Below are positions 56,199-64,000 of a DNA stretch of 64,000 nt, piece after piece. Positions within the stretch are counted from its first letter, which is position 1, and every line of letters starts with the position of its first letter. Source of the DNA: Candidatus Poribacteria bacterium (lineage in GTDB: Bacteria > Poribacteria > WGA-4E > WGA-3G); assembly GCA_021295715.1 (NCBI GenBank), contig JAGWBV010000005.1, positions 2,534 to 66,533 on the forward strand, read 5' to 3'. Position numbers and translations under genes: made by a program. The notes beneath the pieces are model-generated. The model was not told the DNA's origin, did not search any database, and saw only the letters and a list, made by a program, of their open reading frames with translations.

Positions 56199-56912
56199 TC
56201 AACCGGCATCGCGCACGATTTCAACGGGTTCGCCGCCTTTTAAACCTGCTGCATTGGCATCGTCGGTATCTAAGTGCATCTGAAGTACATAATCTTCATG
56301 AATTTTGGGACGGACATTTTCGAAGGTTAGCGCGCGCTCACCACGGAAATGCACTTTTAAAATATCGTTCTCGTGAATACCGAGTGCCTTGGCATCTCCG
56401 GGGGTCATGTGGATGTGTCGCGTCGCACAAATTGCCCCTTCCTCCAAATAGATGCTTCCGGCGGGACCAACGAGGGTAATCGGATCGGCACCGGCAAGAT
56501 CCCCTGAGTCTCGAATAGGCGGATTTAATCCAAGCCGGATTGCTTCCGTTTGAGCGACTTCAACTTGAGAGTAATCTCGCACGGGACCAAGAATACGAAC
56601 TGCTTCAATAGCACGCATCCGTTTTCCAACGATCGTTAATGTCTCATTCGCGGCGAATGCTTCGGGTTGATAGAGTGGCGCGTAGACAGTGAGTTGGTGT
56701 CCAGTACCATATAGAATTTCAAGGTGTTCCTGCGTTACATGGGCATGCCGTGCTGAAACGCCAACCGGGATCTGTTGCTGCTGCGTGACAATATCACACG
56801 CGCGATTTCCTGCATCACAGGTCCGCAAAGCGCAACCGCTACAGGCTTGGTTGGTCTTTAGTCTATTAACAACACGCTGGGTAATCAACTCAACAAGGGC
56901 GCGGTCTGGCAT
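56199..56912 (-). CDS. pduL: Phosphate propanoyl/acyl-transferase PduL
   Basis: Two PduL repeats (PVGVSARHAHVTQEHL and ATRHIHMTPGDA), with an N-terminal helix ALVELITQRVVNRL. Confidence 0.85.
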   Translation of the reverse strand: MPDRALVELITQRVVNRLKTNQACSGCALRTCDAGNRACDIVTQQQQIPVGVSARHAHVTQEHLEILYGTGHQLTVYAPLYQPEAFAANETLTIVGKRMRAIEAVRILGPVRDYSQVEVAQTEAIRLGLNPPIRDSGDLAGADPITLVGPAGSIYLEEGAICATRHIHMTPGDAKALGIHENDILKVHFRGERALTFENVRPKIHEDYVLQMHLDTDDANAAGLKGGEPVEIVRDAG

Positions 56913-56992
56913 CTATGTTCTGCCTTCTATGTTAGGATATACTGAACGTCTCGGAACCAGAACGTCCAATGAATCCGAGGACTACACTAAAT

Positions 56993-57268
56993 TTAAGATT
57001 TTGGCAATAGAATTTCGACTTCAGCGTGCGGACGTGGAATCACATGGACTGAAACCACTTCGCCGACGCGCGCCGCAGCCTCAGCACCAACATCCGTTGC
57101 AGCCTTCACAGCACCCACATCACCACGAACCATGACAGTCACGTAGCCAGCACCAATTTGCTGATAACCAATAAGATGGACATTTGCTGCTTTCACCATA
57201 GCATCGGCAGCTTCAATGCTCCCAACTAAGCCTCTCGTTTCAACTAAACCCAATGCCTCTCCGGTCAT
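56993..57268 (-). CDS. BMC-H shell protein (PduA/EutM/CcmK type)
   Basis: [26 protein letters not shown]...[13 protein letters not shown]...VIPRPH. Confidence 0.9.
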   Translation of the reverse strand: MTGEALGLVETRGLVGSIEAADAMVKAANVHLIGYQQIGAGYVTVMVRGDVGAVKAATDVGAEAAARVGEVVSVHVIPRPHAEVEILLPKS

Positions 57269-57419
57269 ATTAATATCGCCTCCTATTGGAAATTAATTCA
57301 AAAATAAGATCAAGTTTTAACTTATGCGTCATACAGTAGAAGCAATTTTCTGATCGCGAATCCGCGCGCAAAAAAAGGGAAGATCAGGCGAAATGATAAA
57401 TCTCACCCTGACTCCACCC

Positions 57420-58316
57420 TTATAGTATATCATAATTTCTTACTTTTTTCAAGAAAAAACTAAAAACGCGTTTATACGCTTCATAAACATCTGTTTCTGC
57501 CTTACTAACTTCACCTAATTTTTGATGAACGAAGGCACGCCAGAGATAAACCTGTGTAAGCGCGTTCGGTTCACCTTGCCATGTGCGAATTGTTTCGGTG
57601 AAAAGTTCTATAGCGTTTCTGTAATCAGCGTTTGCCGCTACCCGTTCGCCCAAGCGTGCATGAACCTGAGCGCGATTGATATAAGCACCGGCAAAACGCT
57701 GTTCCAAACCAATAGCCTGATTCAGATCTGTCAAAGCCAGTCTTAAACGATCTTCGTCACTTTCGGTGGAAAGCCGTAGATGGGCGTTGCCACGGGCATA
57801 GTAAGCTACGGCACTCGGTTGCCGCTTAATTACAGTACTGTAGTCGGCGAACGCACTTTGGATGGTGCCTTGTTCCAGATAAGTTTGTGCCCGCCTTTGC
57901 ATGACACGTGCGTTCCACCTTTTTTCCAACGAGGCTGAATAATCCGCAATAGCCTGTTGTCGGTTCCCTAACGCTCGATAAGCATCGCCGCGACTTGCGT
58001 ATGCATCGGCGTGATACCGATTCAAATCTAAGGTTCGGGTGTAATCCGTGATAGCTGCTTTATACTGCCCCGCGCGATAATGTGCCAGTCCGCGTTTCAC
58101 GTAAGCTTCAGCGTATTTGGGTTCAGTCTCAATAGCGCGTGTAAATGCCGCTATTGCTTGTGGAATCTTCCATGTCCTCAACGATACTGTCCCCTCCCGG
58201 ACATCTGCTTGTGCCTGTGGTTTTGCACCCTTTATCGCATCCCATGTTACAAAGCGAGCAGCGAGGATAATTGTAAGAATCAACACCGGGGTCATGATAT
58301 AAAGGAGTGGTCGCAT
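57420..58316 (-). CDS. Membrane-anchored TPR-repeat protein
   Basis: N-terminal TM followed by about 7 TPR-like units (AxxxYxxAIxxxP patterns). Confidence 0.7.
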   Translation of the reverse strand: MRPLLYIMTPVLILTIILAARFVTWDAIKGAKPQAQADVREGTVSLRTWKIPQAIAAFTRAIETEPKYAEAYVKRGLAHYRAGQYKAAITDYTRTLDLNRYHADAYASRGDAYRALGNRQQAIADYSASLEKRWNARVMQRRAQTYLEQGTIQSAFADYSTVIKRQPSAVAYYARGNAHLRLSTESDEDRLRLALTDLNQAIGLEQRFAGAYINRAQVHARLGERVAANADYRNAIELFTETIRTWQGEPNALTQVYLWRAFVHQKLGEVSKAETDVYEAYKRVFSFFLKKVRNYDIL

Positions 58317-58345
58317 GATGAGTGTTTTTCTGGAGAGATAGCCCT

Positions 58346-59344
58346 TTAGTCGGATTTTGGCTTTTGCGTTTCGCTATAGAGGTGGTGGATATTTGCACCT
58401 AACTTCAGCACATCTACAGACGGGTACGTCTCTGCCAAGTCAATTTCAATATACGTAGGAATTCCAGGTCGACCGCTGTATCCTGTCGAAAAAATGAGTT
58501 GACTTTCACCGAACGTCGCTATACCATCTCTGACATTCCGTTTTGGAAAATAGTGAATTGGGGTATGTCCAACGATAAGGATATTCCCGTGGATCGCTTC
58601 AAGGAAATTTTTAATATGCGTTAAGGTGTATCCACCACTATAAGCGATTTCTGGACGATGCCAAAGGAGCTCCTCAAGAGTCTTAGGAGTCGGATTCACC
58701 AGATCAGCGAGACTTGTGACAAAACGCGCGGGACCCGCATGGATACCAACGAAGCCGTTTTTCCCGACGACCACCGTCGGTAGGTTCATCAGAAATTCGT
58801 ACTGTTCGTCCGTCATTCTTTCAATAAAGTTGAACTGCTCATAATAGGCACCGAGAGGACTGTCGTATAAAGCGCGAATAAAATGTCTCCGGTTCTGTGT
58901 TGTCATCCCTTGCCTTTTGAGCATTGCGTAGGCGTCTGCAGCAGCGAATTCATGGTTGCCTCGGAGGTAGATAATCCTTTCACCCTTATCGCCGAGTTGT
59001 CTTTGGAGTTCCATAACCCGGTCAATAATGAGAGTATCCCCATAAGGCGGATGTCTCGGTTCATCGGGTTTATAATCAACCGCATCGCCGAGTATCAATC
59101 CGTAAATATCTTCATCTGCTTGAATTTTTTCAACCAGTTTCGTGAGTCGTAACCATTGATTAAAATCATCCCAATGTGCGTGCAGATCAGAAACAATATA
59201 GAGAGTGCCATGGTCGGGTAGAACAACGATGTGCCCATCGCGTGTCAGTTGGTTAGGGTACTGCGCGAGTAACTTGGGTTGGGCAGTCGCAGCGGAGGTA
59301 AAACAGATCAAACAAAGTGCGAGGTCAATAAGTGAAATGTTCAT
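58346..59344 (-). CDS. Secreted calcineurin-like metallophosphoesterase
   Basis: Signal peptide from ATG 59344. SDLHAH, GDAVD, GNHE, GH motifs. Confidence 0.75.
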   Translation of the reverse strand: MNISLIDLALCLICFTSAATAQPKLLAQYPNQLTRDGHIVVLPDHGTLYIVSDLHAHWDDFNQWLRLTKLVEKIQADEDIYGLILGDAVDYKPDEPRHPPYGDTLIIDRVMELQRQLGDKGERIIYLRGNHEFAAADAYAMLKRQGMTTQNRRHFIRALYDSPLGAYYEQFNFIERMTDEQYEFLMNLPTVVVGKNGFVGIHAGPARFVTSLADLVNPTPKTLEELLWHRPEIAYSGGYTLTHIKNFLEAIHGNILIVGHTPIHYFPKRNVRDGIATFGESQLIFSTGYSGRPGIPTYIEIDLAETYPSVDVLKLGANIHHLYSETQKPKSD

Positions 59345-59429
59345 AATAGTATAGTCCGTAATCTCCAAAGCCGCCCGACCGAACCGCAACGGATAATTAG
59401 TAATCAGTTGTCAGTTAGGAGCAAGTCGT

Positions 59430-59555
59430 CTAACACTTTTTACCTCTTACCATAGCATCAAAACCTATAGCTCGTAATGAAATGGAGAGCGGATATGAGG
59501 AACGCACGTTAAAATTCAAACGCTCGTTGTTCCTCCGCAAGGAAAAATTAAAATT
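59430..59555 (+). repeat. Leader repeat copy 4 (orphan, no downstream plus-strand gene)
   Basis: Aligns with 9003-9128 over its whole length. Its 3' end overlaps the last codons and stop of the minus-strand peptidase gene. Confidence 0.75.
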
Positions 59556-60546
59556 TGAAAAATGGGTCTATAGCGTCTTCTTGCTGTGCGAGTCTATTCA
59601 AGTGCCGTCGTCTCCGATTCCAGCAGACGAGATAACCGATAAGCGCAAGTCCACCGAAACCTCCCCACAAGACGTAGGAATTAGAAAAGAGAGATGCCCA
59701 TTGATAACGTTCCGTCAGCGATTCGCGCCAAAGGGCATCATAGGTGGCGAGATCCCATCCAACGACAGTCTCAAAAGCCGTCCTGAAATTGCTGCCAGCG
59801 TGGAGTTCGGCAATCAGTGAAAACAGCGCATCTTTACCTTTGACTTCAACCAACCAACGGAGGGTATCCTGACTTTCAGCATACGCCAAGTCTGCACCGG
59901 CTTGCGTCCGTGGAAAACGCCGTTCCAGTTCATGAAGTGGTATAATAGATTTTGAGAAAATATGTTTTAACAATGTTTCGTGTCGACTTGGCACCCACTC
60001 CTCAGCGAAATAAATTGCGATGCCTTCTATGAACCAGAGTGGGATTTCTTTTACGGCTTTACGGGTGCACTGTCCGAAAAGAACATGTGCAATCTCATGA
60101 CGCAAAACTTGCGTCAATTGCAACTTCGCAAGGGCAATATGTTTCGGATTCTGGATGACGATACGTCGACTCAACGGAAAGGCGCAGCCAACCGCCCAAT
60201 CTTGGATCGGAGCATGAACGGAAGCTTGGAACTCCTTTTGTGTGTCGCAGACCCAGATATCAATTATTCCCGCGGGAATACGACTTGTCAACTGTGGCAA
60301 TTCGGCATAGAAATCCTCCGCAACCTGAAGAATCGACCCTGGGTCCGTCGTTCCTTTCTGATAGTAGACTCGGAAGTGTGGACTCTCTACTGATTGCCAA
60401 GCTGCCGATGTTGAAACTATCGGCAGCAGGATAATGAAAACGGTCCCTTTCAGCCACAGCCATGGGAAGAGTTTTTGATACGATACAGTTCTTGCCCACA
60501 TCCACCTGATTCTTTGAAGAGACGGTGTTTTTCCCGGAATCACCAT
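59548..60546 (-). CDS. HExxH zinc metallopeptidase (MA-clan-like) with a C-terminal TM anchor
   Basis: VLRHEIAHVLFG, FIEGIAIYF. C-terminal hydrophobic helix then RRRRH. Start is uncertain. Confidence 0.55.
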   Translation of the reverse strand: MVIPGKTPSLQRIRWMWARTVSYQKLFPWLWLKGTVFIILLPIVSTSAAWQSVESPHFRVYYQKGTTDPGSILQVAEDFYAELPQLTSRIPAGIIDIWVCDTQKEFQASVHAPIQDWAVGCAFPLSRRIVIQNPKHIALAKLQLTQVLRHEIAHVLFGQCTRKAVKEIPLWFIEGIAIYFAEEWVPSRHETLLKHIFSKSIIPLHELERRFPRTQAGADLAYAESQDTLRWLVEVKGKDALFSLIAELHAGSNFRTAFETVVGWDLATYDALWRESLTERYQWASLFSNSYVLWGGFGGLALIGYLVCWNRRRRHLNRLAQQEDAIDPFFKF

Positions 60547-60556
60547 ATATTTTCAC

Positions 60557-61822
60557 CTACGGCTCCGCGACAACGCCCATAAACAGGATAGTCTTTGTCT
60601 CGTTATCGTGAATCGCAAAGAAAAAGGGTCGGTCTACAATAAAAGGAATTGGTGGTGGCGATACCGCACTTGTCTCAATAACCCCAACACTGGTCACCGC
60701 CGCAGCTTCAGTTCCTTCTTCATTGACCTCGACGAAGGTTTTATGAATCACTTCTCCGATATACAAATTTTGACCCGAAATCTCTAAGGGTGCCATACGG
60801 CTGAAATCTGCAAGTGCTGGGTCGAACGCTATATCCATACCGAGGACTTTCAGCGTGTTGTTAAGGGTCTTTCTATATTCCAACTTAAACTTGGGCATGA
60901 CCAGGGACACGTCTTGTGTGCGAAACTGCGGCATCCAATTTTCCCAGTTTTCGGCGTTCAAATTCTCTAAAAAGATGTTGAGGTCGGATTCAGGGTCCGG
61001 GAGGAAAATATACATACGCATTTGCCCATCGCCATAAGCGAGGCTAATCGCTTGAAATTCCTCTCCCTTGTAGTATGGATACCAATGATTTTGGGTCATC
61101 ATTGGCACCTGCTTTTCATCGCCACTTGAGAGATAGAAGGTATCATCTCGTGTCCTCAATGGGTTGAATTCTCTTTGCCACGTACCCTTGAAGTAGATAG
61201 CGTTGATAAGAAATAATACTTTCGATGGGTCGATCTCATCGTCAACGATTTTTTTAATCTTACCGTTTGTATTAGTATCTACCCACTGATTAATTGTTTG
61301 TGAAGCACTTGGGGCATCAAAATCCAGTGTTGAAATCTCCGCTCCGAAAAATTGGGTGTTTCGCTGCAAGAAATCTGGTTTGAACGAGAATCCTTGACGC
61401 GCCCAAAGCGAGTTCGCAATGGCGAGTGTTACTTTCGGATCTGATGTCAAAAGTATTTGGCGCAATCCGGCATAGCCTCTGTTAATCGCTTCGGAGCCTA
61501 ACCCTTGCAATTGCAACGTGTTGGTCATTGTCTGCTCGGTTTCACCGGATGCGCCGTTCAACGTCATTGCTAAGGCAGTAGAAATACTAAGCGGTGAGAT
61601 AAAAATATTCTTGTCCTGCTCAGTTTTACGGATTTCATCGAACAGGTTAAAACCAAATTTAGTATTCGCCGTGACGACACTGCTATCAATGGGACCAACT
61701 TCAAGTTTAACTTCCTTCTTGTCAAACATATCCGCACGAAACTCGTCACATCCGGCGAATAGTAGCAAAACCGAGCAGAAGAGTCCAAGAAAAGTTATTG
61801 TGGCTGTCTGTTTTTTATCCAT
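60557..61822 (-). CDS. Serpin (serine protease inhibitor), lipoprotein
   Basis: Lipobox LFAGC. NIFISPLSISTALAMT, FKGTWQ, hinge and RCL EEGTEAAAVTSV, PFFFAI. Confidence 0.88.
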   Translation of the reverse strand: MDKKQTATITFLGLFCSVLLLFAGCDEFRADMFDKKEVKLEVGPIDSSVVTANTKFGFNLFDEIRKTEQDKNIFISPLSISTALAMTLNGASGETEQTMTNTLQLQGLGSEAINRGYAGLRQILLTSDPKVTLAIANSLWARQGFSFKPDFLQRNTQFFGAEISTLDFDAPSASQTINQWVDTNTNGKIKKIVDDEIDPSKVLFLINAIYFKGTWQREFNPLRTRDDTFYLSSGDEKQVPMMTQNHWYPYYKGEEFQAISLAYGDGQMRMYIFLPDPESDLNIFLENLNAENWENWMPQFRTQDVSLVMPKFKLEYRKTLNNTLKVLGMDIAFDPALADFSRMAPLEISGQNLYIGEVIHKTFVEVNEEGTEAAAVTSVGVIETSAVSPPPIPFIVDRPFFFAIHDNETKTILFMGVVAEP

Positions 61823-61877
61823 TTGTTCCCTGCTATTTCAAGCGGTCACTTTGCGACTTTGATTGAAAGGTTTGTCC

Positions 61878-62837
61878 TTAATAGAGGTGGGCAACATAAC
61901 TGCCATAGCCGTTGTAAATCTTCGTTGGATGTCTTTCATTACTTCCAATCATCCGTTCTTTGGCTTGCGACCAGCGTGGATGCGGCACATTGGGATTGAC
62001 GTTTGCCTCAAAGCCATATTCCCTCGGCGCGAGCGTATTCCAAAAAGTCCGTGGCTTCTGATCGGTCAACTCAATGCTAACAATGGACTTAATACTTTTA
62101 AATCCATATTTCCAAGGGACGATAAGCCGAATAGGTGCCCCGTGCTGCGGCGGCAAGACATGCCCATAGATACCGACACCGAGTAGCGTCAAGTCGTTCA
62201 TTGCCTCGTCGAGCGTTAATCCTTCAAAGTAGGGCCACGGCAAGCGGGCATTGTGTTGCTCAGGTGCCATGTCGGGGTCCAAAAATGTGAGCATCCGGAC
62301 ATATTTGGCTTCAGCCTTAGGTTGAACTTTTTCAAGCAACGCTTTCATTGGAAATCCGATCCACGGCACCACCATCGCCCACGCTTCAACACACCGGAGT
62401 CGGTAGATGCGTTCTTCGATCGGCATCTGTTTGATTAAATCGTCCACATCCAGGGTCATTGGCTTTTCGACCAATCCCGATATTTCAACTTCCCATGGGC
62501 GTGTTCTGAATTTATCCACCTTTTTCCAAACAGTGTTCTTTCTATTGGTGAATTCATAATAATTGTTGTAGGTCGCAGCGATGATTTCATCAGTCATCTG
62601 CCGCTTTACAGTAAAGTCTGCATTATTTTCGACATCAAGTTTTTGCGCACGGAAAGGCTCTAACTGCTTTTGAACCCCTTTATTCTGGGCACATGCGTTT
62701 GAACTTGGAATGAGTAAGGCACTTGCACTCGCTATCCCCAAGTTTTTGATGAATTTCCGGCGATTGATATAATCTGATTCAGATGTCGCCTGATTTTCAG
62801 GGATTTCCCATCCCTTTGGAACTTTAATATACGTCAT
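61878..62837 (-). CDS. msrP: Protein-methionine-sulfoxide reductase catalytic subunit MsrP (YedY family molybdoenzyme)
   Basis: Tat motif NRRKFIKNLG. RLRCVEAWAMVVPWIGF, WKYGFKSIKSIV. ATG 62837 lies 8 nt after GGAGG. Confidence 0.85.
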   Translation of the reverse strand: MTYIKVPKGWEIPENQATSESDYINRRKFIKNLGIASASALLIPSSNACAQNKGVQKQLEPFRAQKLDVENNADFTVKRQMTDEIIAATYNNYYEFTNRKNTVWKKVDKFRTRPWEVEISGLVEKPMTLDVDDLIKQMPIEERIYRLRCVEAWAMVVPWIGFPMKALLEKVQPKAEAKYVRMLTFLDPDMAPEQHNARLPWPYFEGLTLDEAMNDLTLLGVGIYGHVLPPQHGAPIRLIVPWKYGFKSIKSIVSIELTDQKPRTFWNTLAPREYGFEANVNPNVPHPRWSQAKERMIGSNERHPTKIYNGYGSYVAHLY

Positions 62838-63255
62838 GAGATTTTCCTCCGTTGTAATTTGTAAAGACAACGATTTGACTATCTTTTTTTATTTTTTTAA
62901 AGTACGGAGTACGACACTTCAAGATACTACAGGTGCAAGAGCGGAACTCGCCAAATAGTATATCTCATTCGTATCTGGAATGCAACTTAATTCAACTTTT
63001 ATGGCACACTTAAAGGTTTTACGCCAGCGTAACATTCTCCTTCTGTGTGGCCTCAGACAATGTAGCAGTGCAATAAAAAACGGTGCTTATATCACGGAGT
63101 TGACCTATGATTTCCTATGATTAAAAAAGCAAAGAAAATTAAAATCTTAGATTGTCTGCTTTTTTTTGCAACTTTTTTGATTTTTGGTGTATAATATCAT
63201 AAAGTATTTTATTCGGCTTCCACTTTCTGACGAAAACAGCGGAGTTTATTGAACC

Positions 63256-63696
63256 GTGCTAACAAAACATCGGCAAATTCTCATTCTACTTGTGGGACTT
63301 TTGTACGTTTATTCGGTATGTCCGTTTCTATGTGCAACTTTGGAACAGAAGTCTTGCCACAGCGTCCCTCAAAAAGTCTTGGTCGGAGATACCGAAACCC
63401 GATCAACCTGCTGCCAAATCACCGAAACAGACGCGGCGGGTACTGCCGAAACCCCATCTGGCAGCAGTAATCCGTGCTGTTCAAAAGATTTAGAACTTGT
63501 TCTTCCAGACGATGGGTACAACACGCAGAAATTAAATGAATCGATTGAGCAGTCTCTTGTCTCAATTCTTCCTGTTTCAGTAACTTTACCTGTTACACCG
63601 TGGGAATCGCTCAAGAATTCCCCCGCGCCGCTAACCTCCACGTTTTTCCTCGACCATTCTCTATCCCGTAGAGGCCCCCCATTTACCCAGTGCTAA
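63256..63696 (+). CDS. Hypothetical Cys-containing membrane-anchored protein
   Basis: GTG start, one TM, Cys motifs CPFLC, CC, CC. No family recognised. Confidence 0.35.
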   Translation: MLTKHRQILILLVGLLYVYSVCPFLCATLEQKSCHSVPQKVLVGDTETRSTCCQITETDAAGTAETPSGSSNPCCSKDLELVLPDDGYNTQKLNESIEQSLVSILPVSVTLPVTPWESLKNSPAPLTSTFFLDHSLSRRGPPFTQC

Positions 63697-63785
63697 GTGA
63701 GTTCCACTCGGAATTTTTCAAGCACTCACCCATTCCTTAATTTCACTGTTTTTTTCGTAACGTTTTCCCGAACTTTCTTTTAATC

Positions 63786-63917
63786 AGGACTTATCCAAAA
63801 TTGGATCATTACGCCTATTCACCAGTGATCGGTGCGGTTAGGGGATTTAGTCTGCGGATAGACTAAATCCATTCCTCGTATTACATTCCGCACCTACCGG
63901 GGAACTGCGTAAGTCCT
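63786..63917 (+). other. Nested three-helix inverted-repeat element (candidate structured RNA or mobile-element end)
   Basis: AGGACTTA 63786-93 pairs with TAAGTCCT 63910-17. GGTGCGG 63831-37 pairs with CCGCACC 63888-94. GGATTTAGTCT 63843-53 pairs with AGACTAAATCC 63860-70. Confidence 0.45.
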
Positions 63918-64000
63918 ATTCGTGAAGGTTTGCCGAGGGAACTGTAATAAACCTGTAGCGCGAGATTTCGTGTCTCGCTGTGCTACACTACTTTTCAAAT

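Noticed and set aside
59482-59820. 112-aa plus-strand ORF starting in leader repeat copy 4 (MESGYEERTLKF...).
   Set aside because: Beyond the repeat it runs antisense through the well-supported HExxH peptidase gene and has no motifs. It is kept only as evidence for the open frame within the repeat.
63831-64000. Group II intron 5' end (GTGCG) or IS200/IS605 end.
   Set aside because: There is only a 5-nt match plus generic hairpins. No domain V or VI and no RT or TnpA/TnpB ORF is visible, and the window ends here. It is kept as a low-confidence alternative in the findings, not as a feature.
1-64000. Scan for tRNA, rRNA, tmRNA, RNase P and SRP RNA signatures (GGTTCGAATCC-type T-loops and similar) and for transposase, integrase or phage genes.
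   Set aside because: None was seen by eye in the intergenic regions or the ORF translations. A tRNAscan or cmscan run could still reveal small RNAs that I missed.

Overview
This is a 64-kb bacterial chromosomal window of moderate GC (not computed) with about 55 protein-coding genes. I found no rRNA, tRNA, CRISPR array, transposase, integrase or phage genes. The gene content (WD40, TPR, LamG, serpin, BMC shell protein, DUF4159-like and DUF5916-like proteins, E. coli-like TTGACA/TATAAT promoters) suggests an uncultured lineage, possibly Poribacteria- or PVC-like. Taxonomy cannot be settled from this window.

**Gene layout**
- 1-8 kb: secreted and repeat proteins, including two MORN/zinc-ribbon paralogs flanking a LamG gene.
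- 8-11.8 kb: a rhodanese, then a compact pterin cluster (tandem-domain PTPS, folE, SDR).
- 11.8-14.5 kb: two tandem CNNM/CorC transporters.
- 14.7-21.2 kb: eda, a Ser/Thr kinase, an HpcH aldolase, iolC and iolD.
- 21.5-23 kb: rlmB and radC.
- 23.4-29.1 kb: a partner-switching signalling island with three STAS proteins, USP, PAS histidine kinase, REC, REC-PP2C and an RsbW-like kinase, but no sigma factor.
- 29.4-44 kb: rpsA with unusual acidic repeat extensions, metK-ahcY-PfkB kinase, lpdA, ggt and gltB.
- 44.3-62.9 kb: an 18-kb run of minus-strand genes. It holds exbD-exbD-exbB (fusion), a 1130-aa outer-membrane lipoprotein, Wzz-like, a frameshifted NTF2-like lipoprotein, a Tyr/Arg- and Ser/Arg-rich secreted protein, a minimal BMC module (BMC-H, PduL, unknown), TPR, metallophosphoesterase, HExxH peptidase, serpin and msrP.

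**Most interesting observations**
1. A family of five roughly 90-125-nt repeats sits directly in front of start codons of unrelated genes, with one orphan copy. Each supplies the Shine-Dalgarno region.
2. An in-frame TGA joins a membrane-anchor ORF to a DUF4159-like ORF. About 30 nt downstream is a hairpin whose apical sequence GCAGGTCTGC matches, from memory, the E. coli fdhF SECIS loop.
3. A giant OM lipoprotein and an ExbB fusion with two ExbD genes form a cluster with no TonB.
4. A satellite BMC module has two encapsulation-peptide-like N-termini.
5. There are several duplications and structured non-coding elements.

All functional calls come from reading the translated ORFs for motifs, not from database searches.
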